Shown here: positions 1 through 8,695 of the stretch, in pieces | How positions within the stretch are numbered: position 1 is the first letter of the stretch | How the letters are laid out: each line of letters opens with the position of its first letter | Origin: Candidatus Iainarchaeum sp. | GTDB lineage: Archaea; Iainarchaeota; Iainarchaeia; Iainarchaeales; GCA-2688035 | DNA length: 32,202 bases | Reading direction: 5' to 3' | NCBI GenBank assembly: GCA_017609945.1 | Contig: JAFCCZ010000002.1 | Location: 1-32,202 of the forward strand | Notes under the pieces: model-generated | Database searches by the model: none | Told to the model about the DNA's origin: nothing | The model's input: only the letters and a program-made list of their open reading frames with translations | Program-made: the position numbers and the translations under genes

Positions 1-201
1 AAGGGCCTTGTGGAGCTTAACGCCTCAACTCCTGCCTCAAGCATGTTTCCGCTGGATTACCTGCAGGACATGCTGAAGGTGCCTGCCTCTGATTCGGAGA
101 TAACAATAAAGCTGAAGTCAAACGCGCCGGTGGAAATCTCTTACAGCATTGGCAAGGCCCAGCTCTCATACTTCCTTGCGCCGAGAATTGAGTCAGAATA
201 A
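1..201 (+). CDS. pcn: PCNA (DNA polymerase sliding clamp), C-terminal fragment truncated by the window edge
   Basis: The frame is open from nt 1. The tail ...FPLDYLQDMLKV...EISYSIGKAQLSYFLAPRIESE matches the conserved archaeal PCNA C-terminus (DYL..M.K and LAPRIE motifs). Confidence 0.7.
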   Translation, partial: KGLVELNASTPASSMFPLDYLQDMLKVPASDSEITIKLKSNAPVEISYSIGKAQLSYFLAPRIESE

Positions 202-246
202 ACCCAGACAAACACTTATTAACCTCTTTTTGCATATTTCTTCCCA

Positions 247-723
247 ATGCCTGAGCAATACCTGAAAAACCTGCCCGGTTTGAAGGAGCCTGACGCAAAA
301 TCCCCTGAGGAGGCAAAGAAGACCGCCGAGGGCGTAAAGGAGGTAACCATTAAGGTTGGCTCTGCAATCCTTTTTCTTGCAATACTGCTTGCAATCGGAA
401 CGGTCAGCTTCCATCTCCTGGAGACCTACCAGGAGGGCCCAATGGAGGGCCAGAACTGGACTTATCTTGATTCCTTTTACTTCAGCGCGATGACACTTAC
501 AACAATTGGTTACGGGGACCTTTCCCCAAGCCATGACATGTCAAAATTGGTTACAGTGTTTTACGCCTTTTTCGGCGTGGCCTTGGTGCTTTACCTGCTT
601 GGTGTGATTGCAAAGTGGTACATTGAGAGAAGCGTGCAGTTTGAAGAGCACGAGATAAGGAGAATTAAACACATTTTGTACCGGCATGAGGCGCAGAGCA
701 AGAAAAAGCAGGGCAAACTATAG
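247..723 (+). CDS. two-TM potassium channel (KcsA-like pore domain)
   Basis: K+ selectivity filter TLTTIGYGD lies between two hydrophobic helices. 158 aa, ATG start, TAG stop. Confidence 0.8.
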   Translation: MPEQYLKNLPGLKEPDAKSPEEAKKTAEGVKEVTIKVGSAILFLAILLAIGTVSFHLLETYQEGPMEGQNWTYLDSFYFSAMTLTTIGYGDLSPSHDMSKLVTVFYAFFGVALVLYLLGVIAKWYIERSVQFEEHEIRRIKHILYRHEAQSKKKQGKL

Positions 724-807
724 TCCTTGTTCGGCTTTTGACGAACATTTGTTCGTTCCAATCTAAAGCTTTTTATTTGTTTCCGCATTACAACTTTCTT
801 GGTTGAA

Positions 808-2394
808 ATGAGCCTGTCCTTTCGCGCACTTCTTATTGGGGCCATTCTAAGCGTGGCAGTCGCAATGTACAGCGCTTTTGCCGGATTAAAGATTGGCGGG
901 GTATACTGGCCAAGCGTTACAATGGCTGTTGTTGCAATGGCCATCCTCACTCTTTTGGGAAACACCGACAAGAACGAAATAAACATCGTGCAGACTGCGG
1001 CAAGCGCAGGCGGGCTTCTGGCAGCAGGCCTTATTTTTACCCTGCCGGCAATCTGGCTTCTTGGACTGGAGGTTGGCCTTGTTGAAATATTTTTTGTTTC
1101 CATTGTCGGCGGCCTTACCGGGATAATTTTCAGTATCCCATTGCGAAGGGAAATGATTGAGCGAGAGCAACTGCCCTACCCCGACGGAACAGCAACTGCG
1201 GCAATAATTGAGGCAGGCGACGAGCGGGGTGAAAAGGCGAAGATTGTTTTCGGCATGGTTGGGGTTGGTGCGGTCTTCTCGCTTCTCCGCGATCACTTTG
1301 CAGTCATCCCTGGCCTTCTTTCAATTGACTCAATCAAGGGAGGGGTCAGCAGGCTCTTCTCGTTTGGAACAAGCGTTTCACTAATCCCATTCTCAGGAGG
1401 TTACCTAATTGGCCCGCGCTTTACCGGAATATGGTTTGCCGGCGCGGTTCTCGCAAATTTCATTCTAATCCCATACCTTGTTTCAGCAGGGGAGTTTGCA
1501 ACAAAGTTTGACGCGGCCTCCGCGATTGCCGCTCCCCTGGGAATTGGAATTGTGATCGGGGCAAGCATTGCATACTTTGCGTTGAAGGTGGTTCCAAGAC
1601 TTAAGTCTCTTGTTTCAGATTACGGTGAGGTTGCAAGGGGCGGCACAAGGCTTTTTGGGCTGGCAGTAATTCTTATGGTTGCTCTCCTCACAATGGTTCT
1701 GCAGCTCAACGTCATTGTTTCGGTTATAGCAATCTTCGGCGCCTTTGTAATGGCCTACATTGGTGCAAGGGTTACCGGTGAAATGAACGTTGACCCAATG
1801 GAGCTGTTTGCAATGATCGTGCTTATTGCAGCAAAGCTTTTGTTTGGATTCAATGCAGTGCTTCTTGTGCTGCTTGCTGCCGTTGTGTGCATTGCCGCCG
1901 GGGTTGCAGGCGATCTAATGCAGGATTTGAAGGCCGGGCATCTGCTTGGAACAAACCCACGTGACCAACTCTTAGCGCAGGTTGTCGGGGTTGTTGCCGC
2001 TTCGCTTGCAATGGGCTTTGTGCTGATTGCCCTGAACAATGCTTACGTCATTGGTTCCGTTGACCTGCCCGCGCCGCAGGCCGTTGCCCTCAGCGCAATT
2101 GTCGGCGCTGACTCGCTTTCAATGGTTTTGGGGGCCGGAATCGCAATTGGAATTGTTCTAGCAATTATTGTAAGCTTTTTCTCAAGCGCGATAGCGGTCA
2201 TTGCGTTCGGAATCGGAATCTATGTTCCGATATTCCTTTCGCTTCCACTCTTTATCGGCGGCCTGCTGCGCTTTGCCGCGGACAAGAAGGGCCTTACTGA
2301 AAAAGGAAGGCTGGTGGCCGCCGGAGCCATTGCCGGAGAGGGCTTTATTGGGGTTGTATTGGCTTTAATTGGTTTCGCTGCAACCTTTCTCTAG
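808..2394 (+). CDS. OPT-family oligopeptide transporter, polytopic membrane protein
   Basis: About 528 aa with many TM segments. The LPYPDGTATA motif and overall layout are typical of the OPT superfamily. ATG at 808 is preferred over the TTG at 799. Confidence 0.65.
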   Translation: MSLSFRALLIGAILSVAVAMYSAFAGLKIGGVYWPSVTMAVVAMAILTLLGNTDKNEINIVQTAASAGGLLAAGLIFTLPAIWLLGLEVGLVEIFFVSIVGGLTGIIFSIPLRREMIEREQLPYPDGTATAAIIEAGDERGEKAKIVFGMVGVGAVFSLLRDHFAVIPGLLSIDSIKGGVSRLFSFGTSVSLIPFSGGYLIGPRFTGIWFAGAVLANFILIPYLVSAGEFATKFDAASAIAAPLGIGIVIGASIAYFALKVVPRLKSLVSDYGEVARGGTRLFGLAVILMVALLTMVLQLNVIVSVIAIFGAFVMAYIGARVTGEMNVDPMELFAMIVLIAAKLLFGFNAVLLVLLAAVVCIAAGVAGDLMQDLKAGHLLGTNPRDQLLAQVVGVVAASLAMGFVLIALNNAYVIGSVDLPAPQAVALSAIVGADSLSMVLGAGIAIGIVLAIIVSFFSSAIAVIAFGIGIYVPIFLSLPLFIGGLLRFAADKKGLTEKGRLVAAGAIAGEGFIGVVLALIGFAATFL

Positions 2395-2399
2395 ATACC

Positions 2400-3197
2400 A
2401 TGATTCTCGGAATTGACTTTGGAATCTCAACAACAGACGTTGTTCTGCTTGACAACTGCAGGCTGCACAAATTCTTTTCCCTTGAATCAAAATCACTGCC
2501 CGCCCTCAAGAAAGCCCTTGCAAAAAACAAAATTGGCATGGACAAGGTTGACAGGATTGCGGTAACCGGTGCAAAGCTTTCGCGCGGAAAGCTTTTCGGA
2601 AAGCCAGTTTCCGTTGTTTCGGAAGTAAACGCGATTGGCTTTGGCGGGGCATTTCTCTCAAAATCCAAAAACTGCCTTGTTGTTTCAATGGGAACAGGAA
2701 CCTGCGTTGTTTCGTTTAGCCGGGGCAGGGCAAAGCACGTTGGTGGCACAGGAGTCGGCGGCGGAACCATTCTCGGCCTGTCAAAAAGGCTTGTTGGCGT
2801 TTCAGATGTTGGAAAGCTCTCCAAGCTTGCCTCAAAGGGCTCGCTGCGAAAAACCAATTTGACTGTTGGAGACGCAGTTGGAGGAAGCGTTGGTCTTGTT
2901 CCCGCAAGCGCCACTGCCTCAAATTTCGCAAAATTGAATGTTGTTGCTAAGGCAGACTTGGCCTTGGCTGTTCAGAACATGGTTGGAGAAGTTGTTGCAG
3001 TTGTTGCCGCTCTTGCGGCAAAGGGTTCAGGGCAAAAGAAAATGGTTTTTGTTGGCAAAACAGCTGATTTTTTGGTGGTGAGGCAAGCAATCAGGCAGGT
3101 TCTCTCCTATTATGGCGTTTCCCCCACTTTTCCAAAGGGGTGGGGCCAGGCCACTGCGCTTGGCGCAGCCGTCTTTCAGGCAAATTGTTTTAAATAA
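2400..3197 (+). CDS. coaW: type II pantothenate kinase-like ASKHA ATPase (CoaW/Fumble-like)
   Basis: N-terminal phosphate-1 motif ILGIDFGISTTD. The motifs MGTGTCVV...HVGGTGVGGGTILGL and VGEVVAVVA...VFVG...GALGAA are collinear, as I recall the sequence, with Staphylococcus CoaW. Confidence 0.55.
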   Translation: MILGIDFGISTTDVVLLDNCRLHKFFSLESKSLPALKKALAKNKIGMDKVDRIAVTGAKLSRGKLFGKPVSVVSEVNAIGFGGAFLSKSKNCLVVSMGTGTCVVSFSRGRAKHVGGTGVGGGTILGLSKRLVGVSDVGKLSKLASKGSLRKTNLTVGDAVGGSVGLVPASATASNFAKLNVVAKADLALAVQNMVGEVVAVVAALAAKGSGQKKMVFVGKTADFLVVRQAIRQVLSYYGVSPTFPKGWGQATALGAAVFQANCFK

Positions 3198-3229
3198 CAT
3201 CGGGCTTAATTTTTTAGTGGTTGGGAAAA

Positions 3230-3955
3230 ATGGCTATTGAGTTGAAGAATGTTGAGAGCCTGAGCAAGGCAGTGGATGCCATCGCAAGTTTTATCTCAGA
3301 GGGCAATTTCAGGTTTTCAGATGACGGCATCAGTTTTAAGGCAACCGACCCAAGCCAGATTGTGCTGGTCAACTTTTCAATGTCAAAGAAGGTCTTTGAA
3401 AAATATTCCGTTGAGCCGAACTTTGTCGGCGTTGACATTGTTGAGCTTAGCAAGATTCTTTCCCGCGCCCTGCCGGCAGACAGGCTAACACTTGACTTAA
3501 CGGATTCTGAAATGAGAATAAATTTTGAGGGGGCAATAAGCAGGAGCTTTTCCCTTCCCCTTATTGACGTGAACGATGAAGATGTAAGCATTCCAAAAAC
3601 AAGCTTTGACGCAAGCGTTGAAATAAACGCAAGAATTCTTAAGGAGGCCTTAAAGGACGCTTCGCTTTTCGGAAGCAGTGTTGTGTTGCGCGTTAAGGAC
3701 AACAAGCTTTTCATTGAGGCAAGGGGCAGTGCAGGAACCCTGAAGACGGTTGCAAGCCAGACAAAGCAGGTTATTGTGAACAGCAAGACAGAGGTTGTAA
3801 GCAAGTACAGCCTGAATTTCCTGCAGAACATCGTGCGGGAGGCCGACTCCGACAAAAAGATTTCCCTTGAGCTGAAGAGCGACACGCCAATGAGGGTGAG
3901 CTACAAAATTGGCGTCTCCCCAATAGAGTTCCACCTGGCGCACATGATACTGTGA
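3230..3955 (+). CDS. pcn: PCNA (DNA polymerase sliding clamp), second copy in the window
   Basis: About 241 aa with two-domain PCNA architecture. It has SKYSLNFLQNIV near the C-terminus but ends EFHLAHMIL instead of the usual LAPRIE. ATG at 3230. Confidence 0.75.
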   Translation: MAIELKNVESLSKAVDAIASFISEGNFRFSDDGISFKATDPSQIVLVNFSMSKKVFEKYSVEPNFVGVDIVELSKILSRALPADRLTLDLTDSEMRINFEGAISRSFSLPLIDVNDEDVSIPKTSFDASVEINARILKEALKDASLFGSSVVLRVKDNKLFIEARGSAGTLKTVASQTKQVIVNSKTEVVSKYSLNFLQNIVREADSDKKISLELKSDTPMRVSYKIGVSPIEFHLAHMIL

Positions 3956-4021
3956 ACCAGCAACACCGGAAATCCGCTCTTTCAATCCCTTTTTTATTCC
4001 TTTTAACCAAGTGTTTTTATC

Positions 4022-5044
4022 ATGGCGGGCACGGAACAGCTTCAGTTTGCGCAAAAGTTCCCTTTCTCGGAAACTGCCAGGAAAATATTGCGCGAGATTA
4101 ATCCAAGCATTGAGCACATTCCGGAGGAAATCCTCAACCGCGCAGCAGTTATGATTTCGCACGCTTCAAAGGGCAAGCCCTACAATATAAGCATAAAATC
4201 CACTGAGATGCTTGAGCAGGAAATTGCCGCCTTTCCTGTTGCCAAAATTCTTGTTTCACTGATGAAGGACAAGTTCCTCTTCAAAAGCTTTGCCTCAATG
4301 GTTGCAAAGTCAACCTTTTTGTACCTTGAAAAATCCCCGAACCGAAAACAGCTGTCCCTTGACCTCGCTGAAGAGCTTGGCCTGGATGTTTCGGTTGTCA
4401 GCGAAAAGGGCTCTTTTGTTGAGATGCACTTGCCGCAGTTTCTTGGGATAAGATTCAACGACCCCGCACTCAAGCTTGTCAACCAGAAGCTCTCAAACGG
4501 AAAGGTTAAGCTCAACATAAACACCTTCTGCAGGTTTGTTTCGGAAAAAGTTTTTGTGATTGTGCACGAAAGCCTTCCGGTTAAAACAGCGGGTCTGCCC
4601 AACTTTTACAAGACCGTTGCAAGGCAGCTCTCGCAGAAGATTAAGGGCTCGCAGTTAAGGGACTTTAACTTCAAGGTGGAGGGCAGCCTTAACCCAAACG
4701 CTTTTCCGCCTTGCCTTGCATCGCTCTACCAGAAACAGCTTGCTGGAGAAAGCCTTCCGCACATGGCAAGATTTTTCCTTGCCTCTTTCCTCAACGCGGT
4801 TGGCATGCCCCAAAGGCAAATTCTTGAAGCATTCAAGAAGTCGCCGAACTACGACGAAAAAATTGCAAGCTACCAGGTCAAAAGAATTACCGAGCAAAAT
4901 TATTCCCCGGCAAGCTGTGAAAAAATCAAGACCTACGGTCTTTGCACTGACACAGATTGCAGGGTAAAGCACCCCATGACCTATTACCACCGGGCACTGA
5001 GAAACCTGCGCCAGCAAAACAAAAAGCCGGTAAAGAAAGAATAA
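4022..5044 (+). CDS. priL: DNA primase large (regulatory) subunit PriL
   Basis: 340 aa. C-terminal Fe-S cysteine cluster (PPCL..., SPASCEKIKTYGLCTDTDCRVKHP) plus synteny with PriS, GINS and PCNA. Confidence 0.75.
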   Translation: MAGTEQLQFAQKFPFSETARKILREINPSIEHIPEEILNRAAVMISHASKGKPYNISIKSTEMLEQEIAAFPVAKILVSLMKDKFLFKSFASMVAKSTFLYLEKSPNRKQLSLDLAEELGLDVSVVSEKGSFVEMHLPQFLGIRFNDPALKLVNQKLSNGKVKLNINTFCRFVSEKVFVIVHESLPVKTAGLPNFYKTVARQLSQKIKGSQLRDFNFKVEGSLNPNAFPPCLASLYQKQLAGESLPHMARFFLASFLNAVGMPQRQILEAFKKSPNYDEKIASYQVKRITEQNYSPASCEKIKTYGLCTDTDCRVKHPMTYYHRALRNLRQQNKKPVKKE

Positions 5045-5082
5045 TATACTACTATGCGGAATAATTTAACGAGGTGGTTTTA

Positions 5083-5322
5083 TTGATTGGCGAAACAGCC
5101 CACGCGTTAAATGCAATGCTTTTCCTGATCGTTTCCGCAGTAGTGCTGGTTATTCTTGGACTGGTTTTTTTCCTGATAAACCTTTGGATAATCGCGTACT
5201 CGGCAGAGCTTTTGTTCAACGCAAAGATTTTTTCAGCAATGCCTGCGTCAGAATACGTTGTCTTGAGCGCGTCCATACTGAGCGCGGCATCAATGATTGG
5301 CTCAAAGCACGCGAGGAAGTGA
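5083..5322 (+). CDS. small hydrophobic membrane protein (2-3 TM), unknown function
   Basis: GAGGTG (5071-5076) lies 6 nt upstream of an in-frame TTG at 5083. The sequence is strongly hydrophobic and is followed by a hairpin plus T6. I recognise no family. Confidence 0.35.
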   Translation: MIGETAHALNAMLFLIVSAVVLVILGLVFFLINLWIIAYSAELLFNAKIFSAMPASEYVVLSASILSAASMIGSKHARK

Positions 5323-5348
5323 GTTAAAATTTTTAACTCCCACTTTTT
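5321..5348 (+). terminator. perfect 9+1+9 palindrome GAGTTAAAATTTTTAACTC followed by a T6 run
   Basis: Read directly from the sequence. It overlaps the TGA of the small ORF and ends the priL transcription unit. Confidence 0.5.
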
Positions 5349-5363
5349 TCGCGCTGTGGAACA

Positions 5364-5371
5364 TTTAAATA
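5364..5371 (+). promoter_or_regulatory. consensus archaeal TATA box TTTAAATA for the basic repeat protein gene
   Basis: TTTAAATA lies about 70 nt upstream of ATG 5439. GGAGGT (5423-5428) precedes the ATG by 10 nt. Confidence 0.5.
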
Positions 5372-5438
5372 CTACCTTCAGTTAAATAATTTCAATATAA
5401 AATTATTTTTTTAAAAAAATTTGGAGGTTGCATTTAAG

Positions 5439-5810
5439 ATGGCAACAAAAAAGAAAACAAGGAAGCGCAAGACCGTAAGAAAGAGAAAGCCTGTTAAGCG
5501 AAAGGCTAAGAGGAAGGCTGCGAAGCGCAAAACTGCAAGGAAGAGAAAGCCTGTTAAGCGAAAGGCTAAGAAGAAGGCTGCGAAGCGCAAGACCGTAAGA
5601 AAGAGAAAGCCTGTTAAGCGAAAGGCTAAGAGGAAGGCTGCGAAGCGCAAAACTGCAAGGAAGAGAAAGCCTGTTAAGCGAAAGGCTAAGAGGAAGGCTG
5701 CGAAGCGCAAAACTGCAAGGAAGAGAAAGCCTGTTAAGCGAAAGGCTAAGAGAAAGCCGGCCAAGAAGAAGGCTAAAAAGAGAACTACCCGAAAGAAAAA
5801 GAAGAGATAA
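5439..5810 (+). CDS. extremely basic K/R-rich tandem-repeat protein (123 aa), candidate nucleic-acid/chromatin-binding protein
   Basis: It has its own TATA box, SD and ATG. A 20-aa unit KRKT(V/A)RKRKPVKRKAKRKAA occurs about 5 times. There are no acidic or aromatic residues. T-rich terminator tracts follow the gene. Confidence 0.6.
   Translation: MATKKKTRKRKTVRKRKPVKRKAKRKAAKRKTARKRKPVKRKAKKKAAKRKTVRKRKPVKRKAKRKAAKRKTARKRKPVKRKAKRKAAKRKTARKRKPVKRKAKRKPAKKKAKKRTTRKKKKR
5461..5752 (+). repeat. 60-bp tandem repeat, about 4.9 copies, in two alternating variants (A B A B B)
   Basis: Units start at 5461, 5521, 5581, 5641 and 5701. Units 1 and 3 differ at 1 nt, as do units 2 and 4. The repeats are in frame with the basic protein. 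Confidence 0.95.
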
Positions 5811-5920
5811 TGTCCAGGTTGTTTTGATTCATTGTTTTTTGTACTCTCCTTTTTCTTCTTTTTTTATTTTTTCATTTTTTCGAATTACATTATTAAACTG
5901 TTTCTCCCCCTCTCTATTTT

Positions 5921-7141
5921 ATGGGTGCGGGAGAGTTTCTCACTGGCCACTTTAAGGCCTTTTACTCAGGGCACAAGGCTTCTGTTCCGGACGCCGGCAA
6001 ACGCGAATTTGGTGTTGGCGAGTTTGGCAAGAAGATTTCCAGGCGGCACATCTCGTTTGCGTCTGATTCGGAACTTAACTCTTTCCTGCGCGAGCGCTCC
6101 CCGTTGTTTATTTCCTACAGCATTGCCTACTATGACCGGCCTGCTTCCTCGCCAATGTCAAGCAAGGGGTTTTTGGGCGCTGACATTGTTTACGAGTTTG
6201 ACGCCGATGACCTGAAGACCGAGTGCAAGCAAGAGCACGATTCCTGGAGTTGCCCAAAGTGCGGAAGCGATGGCAAGGGAACGGTTGACTCATGCCCAAA
6301 GTGCGGTTCACACGTGAAAAAGGACGAGTGGTACTGCCCCCGTTGCCTGGAGGAAACAAAGAGGCAGGCTTTCCGCTTGATTAATTTCCTTGAGAACGAT
6401 TTTTCACTTGGCAGTGACATTTCGGTGAACTTTTCGGGCAATGCCGGTTACCACATTCATCTGCGAGGGGACGCCGTGCGCTCTCTTAACCGTGAGGCGA
6501 GGATTGAGCTGCTTGATTACCTCACTGCAAAGGACATGGATTTTTCAAAGCTTGGTTTTGTTGAGAGCGGAAAAATGTTCCTCTGCCCCTTTGAGGCAGA
6601 AACAAGCGGGTGGGGCAGAAAGCTTCTTGCTTCGCTGATTAAGCTTTTGTCTGAGGGAGACGCTGAAAAGATTGCTGCATTCGGCGGAACTACGAACAGG
6701 AAGGCAAAGGACTTAGTTGATAACAAGGAGCTTGTCCTGAAAACAATTAGGGAGAAGGGGATTCTTTTCTCAATTGCCGGCAGGAAGAACAAGCAGTTTT
6801 GGGAGGGGGTCCTTGGGCATTTGGTTAACGAGAACGCGCTTGACGTGGACAGGCAGACGAGCGCGGACATAAACAAGATAATTCGCGTTCCCGAAACCCT
6901 GCACGGGGGAACAGGGCTTCTTGCAAAAAGCATTTCGCTTGGCGCGCTGAAAGATTTTAGGCCGCTGAAGGATTCTGTGGTTTTTTCCGATGAGAGAGTA
7001 AAGGTTTTTATTAACAAGTCGCCTAAATTTTACTTAAAGGGCAACGGGTTTGGCCCTTTTGAGAATGAGGAGGCCGAGCTGCCCCTTTATGCGGCAATTT
7101 ATCTTGTTGCAAGGCGCAGTGCGGATTTAGTGGGGGTTTAG
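5921..7141 (+). CDS. priS: DNA primase small (catalytic) subunit PriS
   Basis: 406 aa. Catalytic acidic motif region DIVYEFDADD and SGNAGYHIH, with a Zn-ribbon insert CPKCG...CPKCG...CPRC. TAG stop abuts the next ATG. Confidence 0.85.
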   Translation: MGAGEFLTGHFKAFYSGHKASVPDAGKREFGVGEFGKKISRRHISFASDSELNSFLRERSPLFISYSIAYYDRPASSPMSSKGFLGADIVYEFDADDLKTECKQEHDSWSCPKCGSDGKGTVDSCPKCGSHVKKDEWYCPRCLEETKRQAFRLINFLENDFSLGSDISVNFSGNAGYHIHLRGDAVRSLNREARIELLDYLTAKDMDFSKLGFVESGKMFLCPFEAETSGWGRKLLASLIKLLSEGDAEKIAAFGGTTNRKAKDLVDNKELVLKTIREKGILFSIAGRKNKQFWEGVLGHLVNENALDVDRQTSADINKIIRVPETLHGGTGLLAKSISLGALKDFRPLKDSVVFSDERVKVFINKSPKFYLKGNGFGPFENEEAELPLYAAIYLVARRSADLVGV

Positions 7142-7687
7142 ATGGAGCCAAGCTATGACGAGTTGAGGCGGATTTACAGGCTTGAGAAGAACACCTCAAG
7201 GCTTGTTGACATTGACGAGGACTTTTACGAGGCTCTTGGAAAGTTTATTCAGCAGGAGAAGAAAGAGTATCTTGCAGGGCTTAAGAACTTTTCCTCCGTA
7301 AAGGCAAGGAATTTTTCAAACCTTAAGAAAATCGTTGACGAAATTTTTTCACTGAGGGAAAAAAAGCTTGTCAGCCGTGCCCTTATTGCAAGCAGGAGCG
7401 GGGAGGAAAACAACGTAAATCTTGCCGCCGAGGAGAAAAAGACTTTTAAAGAATTGCTGGCAGTATTGAATAAGCACAGGGACTTTTTAAGGCAGGCTTT
7501 TGAGCCGGATAAGAAAAAGGCGGCTGAAAGGAGAATTGTTTCTTTGAAGGTTTTGAAGGAGGTTCCGGCTTTTGTTGGGCCCGATATGAAGGAATACGGC
7601 CCTTTTTCGGTTGACGAGGCGGTTTCTTTGCCCTCAAAGGTTGCAGAGTTGCTTGTTGCGAGAAAGCTTGCCGAAGAGCAAAAATGA
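7142..7687 (+). CDS. archaeal GINS subunit (Gins51/Gins15-like)
   Basis: 181 aa. The N-terminal YDELRRIYRLEKNTSRLVDIDEDFYE pattern is typical of the GINS A-domain. Its position immediately after priS matches known archaeal synteny. Confidence 0.6.
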   Translation: MEPSYDELRRIYRLEKNTSRLVDIDEDFYEALGKFIQQEKKEYLAGLKNFSSVKARNFSNLKKIVDEIFSLREKKLVSRALIASRSGEENNVNLAAEEKKTFKELLAVLNKHRDFLRQAFEPDKKKAAERRIVSLKVLKEVPAFVGPDMKEYGPFSVDEAVSLPSKVAELLVARKLAEEQK

Positions 7688-7696
7688 GGTGTAATC

Positions 7697-7894
7697 ATGG
7701 CAAAGGAGAATATTGAGATTCCAAAACCAAAGACGGCTTTTTTGAAAGTTAAGTGCCCGGGCTGTGGAAACGAGCAGATAATTTTCAACAGCGCAAACAG
7801 GGATGTTAAGTGCCTTGCGTGCAACAACATTCTTGCGGAGAGCACTGGCGGGAAGGTAAAGCTTAAGGCAAAGGTTGTTAAGGAACTGGAATGA
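7697..7894 (+). CDS. rps27e: 30S ribosomal protein S27e
   Basis: 65 aa with C4 zinc ribbon CPGCGNEQIIF...CLACNN. GAGGTG SD at 7686-7691. Confidence 0.9.
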   Translation: MAKENIEIPKPKTAFLKVKCPGCGNEQIIFNSANRDVKCLACNNILAESTGGKVKLKAKVVKELE

Positions 7895-7913
7895 TTTAAC
7901 TGGAATGGTTTGA

Positions 7914-8693
7914 GTGGTTGAGGAAAAGGAGTTTCCAAAGGTTGGCGAAACGGTCGTTGTTAAGATCTCAAACGTTTTAGACTACGGTGCCTTTGCCGAG
8001 CTTGTGGACTACGATAACATCAGGGGGTTTATTCACATTAGCCAGGTTGCCTCCGGTTGGATTAAGAATATCAGGAATTTTGTGAAGGGGGGCCAGCTTC
8101 GTGCTGCAAAAGTGCAGAGCGTTGACAGGCAAAAGAACCAGATTGACCTGAGCCTTGCAAAGGTTTCTCCCCCTGCCCAGAAGGCAAAGATTAATGAGTA
8201 CAAGCAGCTTAAAAGGGAGCGAATGCTGATTGAAACTCTTGCAGAGAGGAAGAAGAGCTCGTTTGACGATGCCTGGGACGAGGTTGCCGAGCCCTTAATT
8301 AAGAGGCATGGCTCGCTTGTTGAAGCCTTCCAGAAAATTTCGCTGGAGGGGAAGCAGGCAGCCGAAGGGGTTTCTGAAAAATGGCTTCCCACCGTTCTTG
8401 AAATGGTTGAGAAAAGTGTTACTGTTCCAAGCAAGACTGTGAAAGGGGTTTTTAGCATTAGCGTGTCTGGCCCCGAGGGCGTTGAGGTCATAAAGCAGGC
8501 TCTCTCAAAGGGCTTTTTGAATTCAGGGGAGGCCGAGATTGACATTTTATACCTTGGGAGTGGAAAGTATTTGCTTAAGTCAACAAGCCACGACTTTAAG
8601 ATTGCGGAAAAGGCAATGGAGTCTGCTTCCACCAGCGTAATAAAATTTGTTGAATCAAATGGCGGAAAGGCCAGTTTTGAGAGGGAGGGCTGA
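7914..8693 (+). CDS. eif2a: translation initiation factor aIF2 alpha subunit
   Basis: N-terminal S1 domain (PKVGETVVVKISNVLDYGAFAELVDY...GFIHISQVASGWI), 259 aa, GTG start. The S27e-aIF2alpha neighbourhood is conserved. Confidence 0.85.
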   Translation: MVEEKEFPKVGETVVVKISNVLDYGAFAELVDYDNIRGFIHISQVASGWIKNIRNFVKGGQLRAAKVQSVDRQKNQIDLSLAKVSPPAQKAKINEYKQLKRERMLIETLAERKKSSFDDAWDEVAEPLIKRHGSLVEAFQKISLEGKQAAEGVSEKWLPTVLEMVEKSVTVPSKTVKGVFSISVSGPEGVEVIKQALSKGFLNSGEAEIDILYLGSGKYLLKSTSHDFKIAEKAMESASTSVIKFVESNGGKASFEREG

Positions 8694-8695
8694 AT

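Noticed and set aside
741-756. Hairpin ACGAAC-ATTT-GTTCGT between the K+ channel and OPT genes as a terminator or operator
   Set aside because: It has a short 6-bp stem, no following T-run and no repeat elsewhere. That is not enough to assign a function.
1223-1232. 10-nt match (AGCGGGGTGA) to the tRNA-Cys repeat core inside the OPT gene, and a 9-nt reverse match at about 32060 in the cysteine synthase gene
   Set aside because: These lengths are compatible with chance in a 32-kb window searched on two strands. Both lie inside conserved coding sequence.
5461-5752. Possible CRISPR-like array, because of the regular 60-bp periodicity
   Set aside because: The units are contiguous with no unique spacers. 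They are in frame within a CDS, and no cas genes or leader are present.
5411-5764. 117-aa minus-strand ORF of repeated hydrophobic units (FLLAFRLTGFLFLAVLRFAA) opposite the basic repeat protein
   Set aside because: It is a mirror product of the 60-bp repeats. It has no TATA box or SD in front, whereas the plus-strand frame has a consensus TATA box, GGAGGT, an ATG and downstream T-tracts.
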